From a virus (lineage: Duplodnaviria; Caudoviricetes), in IMG/VR virus record IMGVR_UViG_3300046705_000096, positions 1,348 through 65,347 of that record: DNA of 64,000 nucleotides; one strand, written 5' to 3'. Numbering within the stretch: position 1 is the first letter of the stretch; each line of letters begins with the position of its first letter. Shown here piece after piece: positions 45,116 through 53,944 of this stretch. The position numbers and the translations under genes were made by a program. Under the pieces are notes generated by a model. It was not told where the DNA came from. It searched no databases and worked only from the letters and a program-made list of their open reading frames with translations.

Positions 45116-45517
45116 ATGAAACTCGAAGGCAGACTCACGATCCTTGGCGACGACGAAGGTGTGACGATCGAGGTTGAAGACAGCGACGCGTCAACGACAT
45201 TCCTGAGAATCGAACTGACGCCAGAGCAATTCTGTCAAGCGGCTCTCGGGCGTCTCGCGTCCTTGAGATGTGAGTTGGAAGTCGTCGGGTTGGACCATGT
45301 CGGCAAGCGGATGGAGTTAGATGAGATTGTGTTTCCAATGCCCGACAGATTCAACGACGTCTACGACCGCGAACAACTGTCGAAGGCCGCCGCCGAAATT
45401 GCGAAGGAAGTCTGCCCTGCGGGATGGTCCCCAGCTACTTACTTCGGGTCACAGGATTCTTTCAAGCGTGAGGCCGGCAGGTTGTACGCACGGACGACGA
45501 TCCGCAGGTGGGTGTGA
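45116..45517 (+). CDS. hypothetical protein
   Basis: 133 aa, typical codon pattern for this arm. Confidence 0.6.
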   Translation: MKLEGRLTILGDDEGVTIEVEDSDASTTFLRIELTPEQFCQAALGRLASLRCELEVVGLDHVGKRMELDEIVFPMPDRFNDVYDREQLSKAAAEIAKEVCPAGWSPATYFGSQDSFKREAGRLYARTTIRRWV

Positions 45518-45568
45518 CATGAACTACTTCGAATTCCTTTTCGTCCTGATCCTGCTGCACGCGTTCAA

Positions 45569-47956
45569 ATGATAGAATCTGACATCCCGCAAATCAGGCA
45601 CGAACTCGCCATCGGTGAGACCGTCGTTCTCGATTCGGAAACGGCCGGATTACATTCGATGATGGTTCTGCTTCAGTTCGCCGTCGATGACGGGCCGATC
45701 CATCTCGTCGATATCTGGAAGGTGCCCGTCTGGTGGACGTTGGAACTGCTGAAAGCGTTCAGCCGAAAGACGATCGTCGGCTTCAATCTTTCGTTTGACG
45801 TCTTCCACATTTGCAAGCTCTACACCATCTGGCGGCTGCTGCCGGCCGACTGGATTCCCGAAGAACACATCGAAGAGATCGCCGAGATTGAGCCACAAGG
45901 GTGCGACGGCCCGTGCTGGAAACCGCGGTCGGCTCTGGACCTGATGTTGCACGGGCGGAAGACGTCGCTCCAAAGCCTGATGGCTCGGTCAGACATTCGC
46001 GTCCGCCGGGTGCCCACCGTTCTCGCAGGTCCGCTCGCGGAAGAACTCGAACGCCGGGTCGAGATCGACGACATCTACTTCGCCCGGTCGGCGAACCCGG
46101 ACGCCCCTCGCTGGGCGGTCTACGAGAACGACAAAGACCCAGAATTCAGCGACGTCGTCCTGAAGTTCAAGGCGGCCGGCGGTTTGAAGTTCATTGCCGA
46201 ACACGTGTTGGGCTACAAACCGAAGTACCACTTCAAAGACGTCGAACCACAAACCCGGCCTTATGAGTTGGGGTACGCCCCCTACGCAAAAGCCGTGTCG
46301 TCGCGTGAAAAGGGTTGGGCTGTCGAGACAGACAAGGGTACGAAGTACGCATGGCCGGCTATAATCCAGCAGCACATCAACCATTGGGCGACGAATAAAG
46401 AAGCCAGAGAATATGCTCTCGATGACATCGTCTACACCCGAGGTCTCTACGAACATTGGAACAAGCCCGACCACGGGGACGACGATTCTGTTCTCGCTTG
46501 TGCTGTCGCTGCAATCCGCTGGCGGGGGTACATCGTTGATCTTGACGGTATCCGGGAGTGCCGGCGCGAGGCAGAAGGGATCGTCGCTTCCGCCCCTTGC
46601 GACCTGAATAAGCCGGATGAAATCCGAGCCTATCTCGGAGAGTGTCTCGATGAGCTTGAAGCCCTCACCATCGACGCCAGTGTTGCCAAGCCGATCTTGA
46701 AGCTGATGACGAGTTGGATGATCGATGAGGAAGAGTGCAGTAAGTGCTGCGGCGGCGGGTGCCATCGGTGCGGGTTCACCGGGAAGACGACAGCCGGCGA
46801 GCATCCGGTTGTTTCGCGGGTGGTCGAGATTCTGAAGTGTAAGTCGAAACTCAAAGAGATCAACTTGTTGCGAAAGCTCGAAGTCGCCGGCCGATTTCAT
46901 GCTGACTTCAAGGTCATCGGAACACTGTCGTCGCGAATGTCGGGAAGTTCAGGGTTAAACGCACAAGGCGTACCCGCTGATAACCGCATTCGCAAGAACT
47001 TTATCTTCAAGCGTGAAGGTGAAGAACTATCGCTGGGGGATTTCTGGAGTTTTGAAGTCTGTCTGGCGGAATCCGTGTACAACGACGATCAGCTTCGAGC
47101 CGACCTGCTGAGCGGGAAAAAACTACACGCTCTCTTTGCAATGGCACTGTTCCCCGGCATGACTTATGAGGACGTGATCGCTTCTGCTGGGACGGAAAAT
47201 GACGCCTACACCAAGGGAAAACAAGGGGTCTTCGGCGGCATCTTCTACGGCGGTAACGAGAATACGTTGGTCAAGCGTCTCGGCGTAACGCCGGAGAACG
47301 CCGCCGCGGCCTTCCAAGAGTTCAGCGGTCGTTACCCCGGCGTCGGCGTCCGCCGCAAGCAAATTACCAACATGTTCAGTTGCTTGCGACAGCCGGCGGG
47401 GATCGGGTCCGCGATCTACTGGCATGAACCCGCCGACTCGATCGACAACGGACTGGGCTTCCACCGGTACTTTACACTGGAAAACAAAATCTGCCGGGCA
47501 CTGTTTGACCTCGCTCGCTCTGTCCCCTCGGAGTGGCGGAAGATCAAGGTCAAGGTCGTCCGGCGGGACCGGCTTCAGACCGCGAGTGGTGCAGTGGCCT
47601 CAGCGTTGTATGGGGCCGCATTTGCAATTCAGGGCTGCAACATCCGGGCGGCGGCCAACCACGAAATTCAGTCACGCGGGGCGGTCATCACAAAATACGT
47701 CCAACGTAAAGTCTGGGACTTGCAACCCGCCGGCGTCCATGAGTTCGTCGTCGCCCCGTGCAACATCCATGACGAAATTGTTACTCCGGTGAAGCCGGAG
47801 TATGTTGATCGAGTGACAGAAGTCATCCGCGAGAGCGTTGAAAACTTCCGGCCGTCTGTTGCATTGATAGGAATCGACTGGTGCCCACGGGCAGAATCGT
47901 GGGCTGAGAAGAAAGCAGGCGGCGTATCCATTAGACCCGAGGGGATGGAACGGTGA
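45569..47956 (+). CDS. polA: family A DNA polymerase with 3'-5' exonuclease
   Basis: LDSETAG ExoI, FNLSFD ExoII, YALDD ExoIII, GTLSSRMS, DFWSFEV motif A, K...F...YG motif B, IHDEI motif C. Confidence 0.9.
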   Translation: MIESDIPQIRHELAIGETVVLDSETAGLHSMMVLLQFAVDDGPIHLVDIWKVPVWWTLELLKAFSRKTIVGFNLSFDVFHICKLYTIWRLLPADWIPEEHIEEIAEIEPQGCDGPCWKPRSALDLMLHGRKTSLQSLMARSDIRVRRVPTVLAGPLAEELERRVEIDDIYFARSANPDAPRWAVYENDKDPEFSDVVLKFKAAGGLKFIAEHVLGYKPKYHFKDVEPQTRPYELGYAPYAKAVSSREKGWAVETDKGTKYAWPAIIQQHINHWATNKEAREYALDDIVYTRGLYEHWNKPDHGDDDSVLACAVAAIRWRGYIVDLDGIRECRREAEGIVASAPCDLNKPDEIRAYLGECLDELEALTIDASVAKPILKLMTSWMIDEEECSKCCGGGCHRCGFTGKTTAGEHPVVSRVVEILKCKSKLKEINLLRKLEVAGRFHADFKVIGTLSSRMSGSSGLNAQGVPADNRIRKNFIFKREGEELSLGDFWSFEVCLAESVYNDDQLRADLLSGKKLHALFAMALFPGMTYEDVIASAGTENDAYTKGKQGVFGGIFYGGNENTLVKRLGVTPENAAAAFQEFSGRYPGVGVRRKQITNMFSCLRQPAGIGSAIYWHEPADSIDNGLGFHRYFTLENKICRALFDLARSVPSEWRKIKVKVVRRDRLQTASGAVASALYGAAFAIQGCNIRAAANHEIQSRGAVITKYVQRKVWDLQPAGVHEFVVAPCNIHDEIVTPVKPEYVDRVTEVIRESVENFRPSVALIGIDWCPRAESWAEKKAGGVSIRPEGMER

Positions 47957-48216
47957 TTGATGACATTTTCAATCGACCGCCCGAAGGTCAACTGACTGTA
48001 TTGAATACGGTACTGACAATCTCAAAACGATTTGATGGTTTTCTCTCACGAGAGTTTCCGGGTAAACGCGCATCAAATTCAGAGATTCGTCGGTGGATCG
48101 CTAATGGGTCAGTGTCCATCAACGATGTCCGCTATAAGGATTTGCACGCAATCGTTGATTGGCCGTTGACGGAATTCTCATTGTTCCCTAACGGTCGGAA
48201 GGTCACTCTGCATTGA
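47953..48216 (+). CDS. stand-alone S4-like RNA-binding domain protein
   Basis: RFDGFL...SNSEIRRWIANGSVSIND matches the S4 pattern by eye. Confidence 0.55.
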   Translation: MIDDIFNRPPEGQLTVLNTVLTISKRFDGFLSREFPGKRASNSEIRRWIANGSVSINDVRYKDLHAIVDWPLTEFSLFPNGRKVTLH

Positions 48217-48398
48217 ACTTCAACATCTACTTCGACCTTCAGGGTCCAGCCGGGACGGCTACTCGCATCCCGAACAAGAACAATCCCGTCACCGTTGAGC
48301 GACTATCATCAGTGCTCGACGGACTGTCGTCTCAAATTGACCAGTGGCCGTTTGGCCTCGAAGTGATCGGTGTCCATATTGAAAAGGTAGTTGAATGA
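48213..48398 (+). CDS. hypothetical protein
   Basis: Stop-start coupled 61-aa ORF. Confidence 0.5.
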   Translation: MNFNIYFDLQGPAGTATRIPNKNNPVTVERLSSVLDGLSSQIDQWPFGLEVIGVHIEKVVE

Positions 48399-48586
48399 GA
48401 ATCCCGAAAGATCGTGCTGTAGCTCTCGTGGGCATCCCCGGTCGGATACGGACGTTCCTTCCGATTCCGAAGGACGCGTTGACCGACCAGAAGAACCCCC
48501 GCGAGCATTGCATCGAGTGCGAGTCTCCAATCCCGCCGGGGAAGCCCGGCCGTGTTTGCAAACCCTGTCGAGAGGACAAGCTGTGA
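48395..48586 (+). CDS. small C4 Zn-finger protein (TraR/DksA-finger-like)
   Basis: CIECESPIP...CKPC. Confidence 0.5.
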   Translation: MRIPKDRAVALVGIPGRIRTFLPIPKDALTDQKNPREHCIECESPIPPGKPGRVCKPCREDKL

Positions 48587-49005
48587 GATTACTGAAGATT
48601 CTCTGGGCACTGCCCAACACGTTGCTCGGGCTGTGCCTGCTGCCCTTGATTCTCTTGTCTGGGGGCCGTGTGCGACTGTTCCTCGGCTGTGTCGAGATGG
48701 TCGCCAACGGTTGGATTCGCCGCCTCTTCCACCGGAATGAGATTTTGGCGGTCACCCTCGGTCACGTAATCATCGGAAAGTCAGGGCCGTGCCTCTTTAG
48801 CTGCCGAAGCCACGAACACGTCCACGTGCGGCAGTGCGAGCGTTGGGGTCCGTTATTCCTACCGGCGTACTTCTACTTTGCATTGCTGATGAGGGTGATT
48901 GGGAAAGACCCGTACTGGGATAATCCCTTCGAACTAGACGCTTTTGAGAACGCCGGGCACGACGTAGCCCACCCTGACGACTTCGCTGAGCACCAGTGCA
49001 AATGA
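48583..49005 (+). CDS. membrane-anchored HExxH metallopeptidase-like protein
   Basis: N-terminal TM; AVTLGHVI...HEHVHVRQ...NPFE.DA. Confidence 0.7.
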   Translation: MRLLKILWALPNTLLGLCLLPLILLSGGRVRLFLGCVEMVANGWIRRLFHRNEILAVTLGHVIIGKSGPCLFSCRSHEHVHVRQCERWGPLFLPAYFYFALLMRVIGKDPYWDNPFELDAFENAGHDVAHPDDFAEHQCK

Positions 49006-49373
49006 AACCCGAAGAGAAGATTCGCAACGACCTTCGGGAGTTCTTGCAGGTCCGCGGCTGGCTGGTCGAGATCATGCACGGGAACATGTACCAGTCCGGA
49101 ATTCCCGACGCATACCTCTTTCGTCGGGACGCCGGGCCGAGGTGGGTCGATTTCAAAACCCCGAATCGCTACTCATTCACACGGGCACAACGTCGTAAGT
49201 GGCCCCAGTGGGAGAGGCACGGCGTGGGAATCTGGGTGCTCACGGCTGCCACTCAAGAGGAATACGACAAGCTGTTCGGCCCGCCCAATTGGCGTGATTA
49301 CTGGAAAGATTCGTGGGGCGTTCTTGACCCGCAAGACGCGATAGATAAGGCAATCGATGAGGCAAGTGAATGA
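49002..49373 (+). CDS. VRR-NUC-like PD-(D/E)xK nuclease
   Basis: EEKI...SGIPD...WVDFK...FTRAQ. Confidence 0.8.
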   Translation: MKPEEKIRNDLREFLQVRGWLVEIMHGNMYQSGIPDAYLFRRDAGPRWVDFKTPNRYSFTRAQRRKWPQWERHGVGIWVLTAATQEEYDKLFGPPNWRDYWKDSWGVLDPQDAIDKAIDEASE

Positions 49374-49890
49374 AGAATGGCGATCTGTTGTCGGATGGGA
49401 AGGGTTATACGAGGTCAGCGACCTTGGACGCGTAAGATCATTGGATCGGATCGTGTCTTATAGAGACGGGCGAGTGCGAAAGTATTCAGGAAAGGTGCTA
49501 TGCCCCGGAACATTGAAACATGGGTACTTGCTTGTCGTGCTGAGTGATGCCGGAAGGAAGGAATCACGAACAGTACATTCCATTGTTGCAGAAGCATTCT
49601 TAGGAACACGTCCACCCGGAAAGCAAATCCGACATGGTCCTGACGGCCCTTCAGTAAACACAGTTAAGAATCTGTGTTATGGAACGGTTTCCGAAAACCA
49701 AATGGACCGCCACAGAGACGGTACAGCGAATATAGGCACACGGAACGGACAATCGAAGCTGACGCCTGATGATATTGTTACGATCAGACAGTCCGACGAA
49801 AATCAACGCGATGCTGCTGCACGTCTGAAAGTGTCTCAATCCTTGATTAGCCGCATTCGATCAGGCGAAGTCTGGAAACACATCAAATGA
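49357..49890 (+). CDS. NUMOD4-HNH homing endonuclease
   Basis: EEWRSVVGWEGLYEVSDLGRVRS; VHSIVAEAFLG...H...N...NL.Y; C-terminal HTH. Confidence 0.9.
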   Translation: MRQVNEEWRSVVGWEGLYEVSDLGRVRSLDRIVSYRDGRVRKYSGKVLCPGTLKHGYLLVVLSDAGRKESRTVHSIVAEAFLGTRPPGKQIRHGPDGPSVNTVKNLCYGTVSENQMDRHRDGTANIGTRNGQSKLTPDDIVTIRQSDENQRDAAARLKVSQSLISRIRSGEVWKHIK

Positions 49891-50477
49891 AACATCTCAA
49901 GAAATACCAACTGTGGGGCTGCATGGCCACGTCGTTCGCGATGGCCTACGACATGACGCTCGACGAGTTCTACCAGAGCGTCGGGCACGACGGCTCGGAG
50001 ATCGTGTACCCCGAACTGCCGGAACCAATGAGACGTCGCGGGGTACACCCCAACGAGTGCGTACTTGTCGGATTGCAGAACGGGTGCGCCGTCACACCCT
50101 TTGAAGTGCATTCGCAGCTTCAAGCCTCACAAGACATCAATGCCCTGTTGGACATCGGGATATCGCGTTTCCACAGAAAGTACGCGCGGAAGACTGTCGA
50201 ACAATCCAAGACGGCATTGAAGAACATCCTACAAAGCACGATCCAAGAAATCTGTACGCCCCTCGATTCGAACTGGCTCGACTTCAAGTATTTCATTTGC
50301 AGACGGCGGGGCGTTCTCGAAGGTTGGGCCGGCAAGTGCAAACACGCTGTCGCCTTTGATCGCGGAACGATCTACGACCCGGACGGCCCGCAATATCCCT
50401 ACGACCGTGCCGAGTGTGAGCGGCGAGGTTTCTTCGGAAATAGACTCTGGATTGTGGATAAAGTCGCGCAGAATTGA
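49887..50477 (+). CDS. C39-like (papain-fold) cysteine peptidase
   Basis: Q..GCMATSFAM (Cys), HAVAF (His), IYDP (Asp). Confidence 0.6.
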   Translation: MKHLKKYQLWGCMATSFAMAYDMTLDEFYQSVGHDGSEIVYPELPEPMRRRGVHPNECVLVGLQNGCAVTPFEVHSQLQASQDINALLDIGISRFHRKYARKTVEQSKTALKNILQSTIQEICTPLDSNWLDFKYFICRRRGVLEGWAGKCKHAVAFDRGTIYDPDGPQYPYDRAECERRGFFGNRLWIVDKVAQN

Positions 50478-50502
50478 CGCGTCGCCGTGTACTACGGGCA
50501 TG
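50474..50502 (+). promoter_or_regulatory. putative leaderless phage promoter, copy 3 (HTH gene)
   Basis: TTGAC-gcgtcgcc-GTGTACT-ac-GGGC-ATG. Confidence 0.7.
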
Positions 50503-50685
50503 AACATTGAAGACGACACGTGGCAACCCTTCTGGGAATGCAGCACCGACGCCGAGTGGCCGGCGGTGAAGTTGATTCTAAAGGGGTACTCACCGGAAGA
50601 GGCGGCACGCCAGTTGGAATTGAAAACAAAGGAAGTTCGCACGATTGTCAGACGAGTTTGGGGTCGGCATGCAAATTCTTCTTGA
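50500..50685 (+). CDS. small sigma4/LuxR-like HTH protein
   Basis: AVKLILKGYSPEEAARQLELKTKEVRTIVRR. Confidence 0.65.
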   Translation: MNIEDDTWQPFWECSTDAEWPAVKLILKGYSPEEAARQLELKTKEVRTIVRRVWGRHANSS

Positions 50686-51250
50686 CCTCGATGATTGCCT
50701 CAATACATTTACGACCTCGGCACTTACGCGCTTCTGCCGAGTCAACGTAACAGAGAGTACCTACCCAAACAAGGGTAGCTTCGACATCTGCAAAGCGGCG
50801 TCGATGATTCTAGGGAGACAAGTCGAAAAACAAGAATTCTGGGATTCGTTCGACCGTGAGTTCTGGGCGACCGTTCCTAAGTCGGCCGAGTTCGACATGA
50901 TACTCGAATTTGCCGAATCGTTCGGCCGAGAGAACGTCTGCATCCTCACGGCCCCGACCAAAGACCCGTTGTGCCTAGCTGGGAAGTTGGACTGGATTCA
51001 CGACAATCTGCCAGAGTGGTTGCACCGTCAATTCCTCATGGGTCCACGTAAACACTTCTGCGCCAGCAAGAATCGACTGTTGATCGACGACTCGGACAAG
51101 AACATTGACGAATTCAATGCACATGGTGGGTGGGCAATCCTTGTTCCTCGGGCATGGAACGTTCTGAATCGATTCAACACGAAAGAGCATCTCGAAGCGT
51201 GTTTTCAATTGGCAAACGGCCATTCACGACTCTTTCACTGGGTGAAATGA
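50669..51250 (+). CDS. HAD-family 5'(3')-deoxyribonucleotidase
   Basis: ILLDLDD, ILTAP, K..W and LLIDDS motifs. Confidence 0.85.
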   Translation: MQILLDLDDCLNTFTTSALTRFCRVNVTESTYPNKGSFDICKAASMILGRQVEKQEFWDSFDREFWATVPKSAEFDMILEFAESFGRENVCILTAPTKDPLCLAGKLDWIHDNLPEWLHRQFLMGPRKHFCASKNRLLIDDSDKNIDEFNAHGGWAILVPRAWNVLNRFNTKEHLEACFQLANGHSRLFHWVK

Positions 51251-51543
51251 TGCTGTACGGAGACCTGTCCCAAATCGAACCGACATCTTTCATCTGGGGA
51301 GACGCCACGGGACTCCGAGGCGATGTCAATGGATTGCAGGGGGATGTCACTAACGTCCGAGGCGATGCGACCGGCGTCTCCGGGTATGTCGGTGACATCA
51401 GCGGCGACATCACCAACATTACCGGCTCGGTGTGTGGAATCAAAGGTGATGTCTCCGGCATTTGGGGTGATGTGAATAGGATTGTTGGTAGTGTGACCGG
51501 GGTCCAAGGCGATATGACAGGAAAGCAAGGTTATGATCGCTAA
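51247..51543 (+). CDS. heptapeptide-repeat (GD[VA][TS]G[LIV]x) beta-solenoid protein 1
   Basis: About 11 tandem 7-aa units. Confidence 0.75.
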   Translation: MMLYGDLSQIEPTSFIWGDATGLRGDVNGLQGDVTNVRGDATGVSGYVGDISGDITNITGSVCGIKGDVSGIWGDVNRIVGSVTGVQGDMTGKQGYDR

Positions 51544-51703
51544 GGTTATGATCTCTCGATTCAGGAAGCCGTCAATGGTCTGGATTCTCGTTGCACTGTT
51601 CACGCTCCTCGCGATTGAGCAGTTTTTTCGCGGTAACTACGCCAAGGCAACGTACTGGACAGCGTCGGCTGTCCTCACACTCTCAGTACATTGGATGAAG
51701 TGA
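51533..51703 (+). CDS. small membrane protein (56 aa)
   Basis: Read manually; WILVALFTLLAI TM; stop overlaps the next ATG. Confidence 0.5.
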   Translation: MIAKVMISRFRKPSMVWILVALFTLLAIEQFFRGNYAKATYWTASAVLTLSVHWMK

Positions 51704-52296
51704 TGCCAACAATCGAGCACGTCAAACAAGCGATCAACTGGGCAATGGGCGAACGCGACCTGCTGCCCGACTACGGCTACGACCAAGAAGTCTATCTGTG
51801 TGGCACTGCCTGCTGCGTGTACGGCGCTGCGTGCCTTCTAGCCGGTGAGACGCCGCCAATATTTGGCGGCCCGAATCACGACGCATTGGGCGACGACCCG
51901 ACAATGCTGTTGCTCGTCCGGGCAATGAAGTGTCACGCAACCACTCCGAAGCAAATGCTGGATATCATCGAAGGTCGGTCGCGAATCTTCGGCGACTTCA
52001 ACGAAGTGGTGGGTGACGCGTCGCGTATCGCGGGGGACGTCACCTACATCAAGGGGGACGTCTCCAACCTGTGCGGCGATGTGACTTACCTAAACGGAGA
52101 CGTCTCAAACTTAAGGGGCGACGCGACTGGCGTGGAAGGACGTGCGACGATTCGAGGAGATGTGACAAACATTAGGGGGCGTATCAGCGGACTTGAGGGC
52201 GACGTGTCCGGACTCTCCGGTGATGTCACCCACGTCTACGGCGACGCAACCGGCATCAACGCCCACATGACCGGAGTAGAGGGGCCGCTGAAATGA
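51703..52296 (+). CDS. N-terminal Cys-containing domain plus heptapeptide-repeat beta-solenoid protein 2
   Basis: CGTACCVYG; then GDVTYIK/GDVSNLC-type repeats. Confidence 0.75.
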   Translation: MPTIEHVKQAINWAMGERDLLPDYGYDQEVYLCGTACCVYGAACLLAGETPPIFGGPNHDALGDDPTMLLLVRAMKCHATTPKQMLDIIEGRSRIFGDFNEVVGDASRIAGDVTYIKGDVSNLCGDVTYLNGDVSNLRGDATGVEGRATIRGDVTNIRGRISGLEGDVSGLSGDVTHVYGDATGINAHMTGVEGPLK

Positions 52297-52583
52297 GTGA
52301 GTTCAAAGATGTGTCGGAATTCTGGCAAGACGAACTGCCCTTTGATCTGAAGGTGGGTAATTGCATTGTCATCTATATGGACAAGGGTCCGGGCGGCCCC
52401 TGCGGCCAGTCGATGTCGGTGACGTGCCCACATGCGATGTTCGCAGTGTTTTCTGATTATGAGCAGATGGAAGAGTGGGCACAAAGTCGTTACTCAACTC
52501 GACAAGGTGATCGGGCCGACCTTCGCTGGTGGGAAGTGGGGCAGGGCGGTCCCGGTAGGTTGAGAGTGGCAGACTTCCGATGA
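52293..52583 (+). CDS. hypothetical protein
   Basis: ATGA coupled. Confidence 0.55.
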   Translation: MSEFKDVSEFWQDELPFDLKVGNCIVIYMDKGPGGPCGQSMSVTCPHAMFAVFSDYEQMEEWAQSRYSTRQGDRADLRWWEVGQGGPGRLRVADFR

Positions 52584-52867
52584 TCGACCATCAACTGATT
52601 GAACAATTCAAGCTGTACCGGGCGCACGTAGAAGACCCGGCCGCGGCAGCCATCCTCGTACTTGTAGACAACATGAAAGCTGTCCCGAGAGTCAAGGACG
52701 ACAAAGACGTATACTCAGTTTCCGAGGCTTCAGAATACCTGAAGGTCACCCCGACCACCGTTTACACGTTGTGCAAAGAAGGCAGACTGAAGCATCACAG
52801 GATCGGTAAAGGGCGAGGGACTATTCGAATCAAAAAACGCAATTTGGAGAACCTGACCCGTGGATAG
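52580..52867 (+). CDS. xis: excisionase-like HTH_17 protein
   Basis: YSVSEASEYLKVTPTTVYTLCKEGRLKHHRIG...IRI. Confidence 0.75.
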   Translation: MIDHQLIEQFKLYRAHVEDPAAAAILVLVDNMKAVPRVKDDKDVYSVSEASEYLKVTPTTVYTLCKEGRLKHHRIGKGRGTIRIKKRNLENLTRG

Positions 52868-53042
52868 ATCACTCGAAGAAAAGATCAACAACGCCATCAC
52901 CGAGCATCTCGGTTTCAAGATCGGAGAACTTGAATTCTGCGACAAGGCGCTCGACGCACTGGATGCCGTGCAGTACGGCTTGGAGATGCGTCGTCAGGAA
53001 TTGGTCGCCGAAGCTGAAGACTTTGACGATGAGGAGTGGTAA
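52860..53042 (+). CDS. small acidic protein
   Basis: 60 aa, coupled to the next gene. Confidence 0.5.
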   Translation: MDRSLEEKINNAITEHLGFKIGELEFCDKALDALDAVQYGLEMRRQELVAEAEDFDDEEW

Positions 53043-53941
53043 TGCCCAAACTCAAATACGTCAGTAAGAAATTCCGCAGTGACAGTCTCGTTCGCATCGA
53101 TAAGGCGAACGAGATCATCGACGAGTACATGAACGCTGGTTATCAGTTGACCTTGCGTCAGCTTTACTACCAGTTCGTGTCCCGTGATCTGATAGCGAAC
53201 TCCCAGAAGGAATACAAGAGGTTGGGGTCGCTCATCAACGATGCCCGACTGGCCGGACGGATCGACTGGCACGCGATCGAGGATCGCACTCGGAACCTTC
53301 AGTCGCTCGCGCACTGGGACAGCCCGTCCGAGATCGTCGATGCCATTGCCGACCAGTACCGAACTGACCGCTGGCAGAACCAGCAGTTCTACGTGGAAGT
53401 CTGGATCGAGAAAGAAGCGTTGGCTGGCGTCTTCGAGCGAGTTTGTAGCGAACTCGACGTACCGTTCTTCTCTTGCCGCGGCTACACGTCGCAGTCCGAG
53501 ATGTGGTCGGCAGCCCAGCGGCTTCGAAAGCGTAGTCGGTCGGGCAAAGAGATCGTGATCTTGCACTTTGGGGACCATGACCCCTCTGGCATCGACATGA
53601 CGCGGGATATCCGCGAGCGATTGCAGATGTTCGGGTGCATGCTCGACCTTCAGCGGCTAGCCCTGAACATGGATCAGGTCGATGAGTACGAGCCGCCGCC
53701 GAATCCCGCGAAGACGACCGACAGCCGATTCGCTGGTTACATCGCCGAGTACGGCGACGAAAGCTGGGAACTCGACGCGCTGGAGCCAAGCGTACTCGCC
53801 GACCTTGTCCGGGATCAGGTCAACGAGCTTCTCGATCACCTGCAATGGGGTTTCGACACCGAGTACATGGAAGAGGAACGTGCCGTGCTGACGCAAGTCA
53901 GTCAGCGGTGGGACGACGTGACACAGTATCTGGCGGGGTGA
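53042..53941 (+). CDS. Topo VI-A/Spo11-like 5Y-CAP plus TOPRIM protein (Mini-A/JetD-like)
   Basis: LTLRQLYYQF (CAP Tyr), VWIEKEA (TOPRIM Glu), GDHDPSG (DxD), WELDAL. Confidence 0.8.
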   Translation: MPKLKYVSKKFRSDSLVRIDKANEIIDEYMNAGYQLTLRQLYYQFVSRDLIANSQKEYKRLGSLINDARLAGRIDWHAIEDRTRNLQSLAHWDSPSEIVDAIADQYRTDRWQNQQFYVEVWIEKEALAGVFERVCSELDVPFFSCRGYTSQSEMWSAAQRLRKRSRSGKEIVILHFGDHDPSGIDMTRDIRERLQMFGCMLDLQRLALNMDQVDEYEPPPNPAKTTDSRFAGYIAEYGDESWELDALEPSVLADLVRDQVNELLDHLQWGFDTEYMEEERAVLTQVSQRWDDVTQYLAG

Positions 53942-53944
53942 CTT

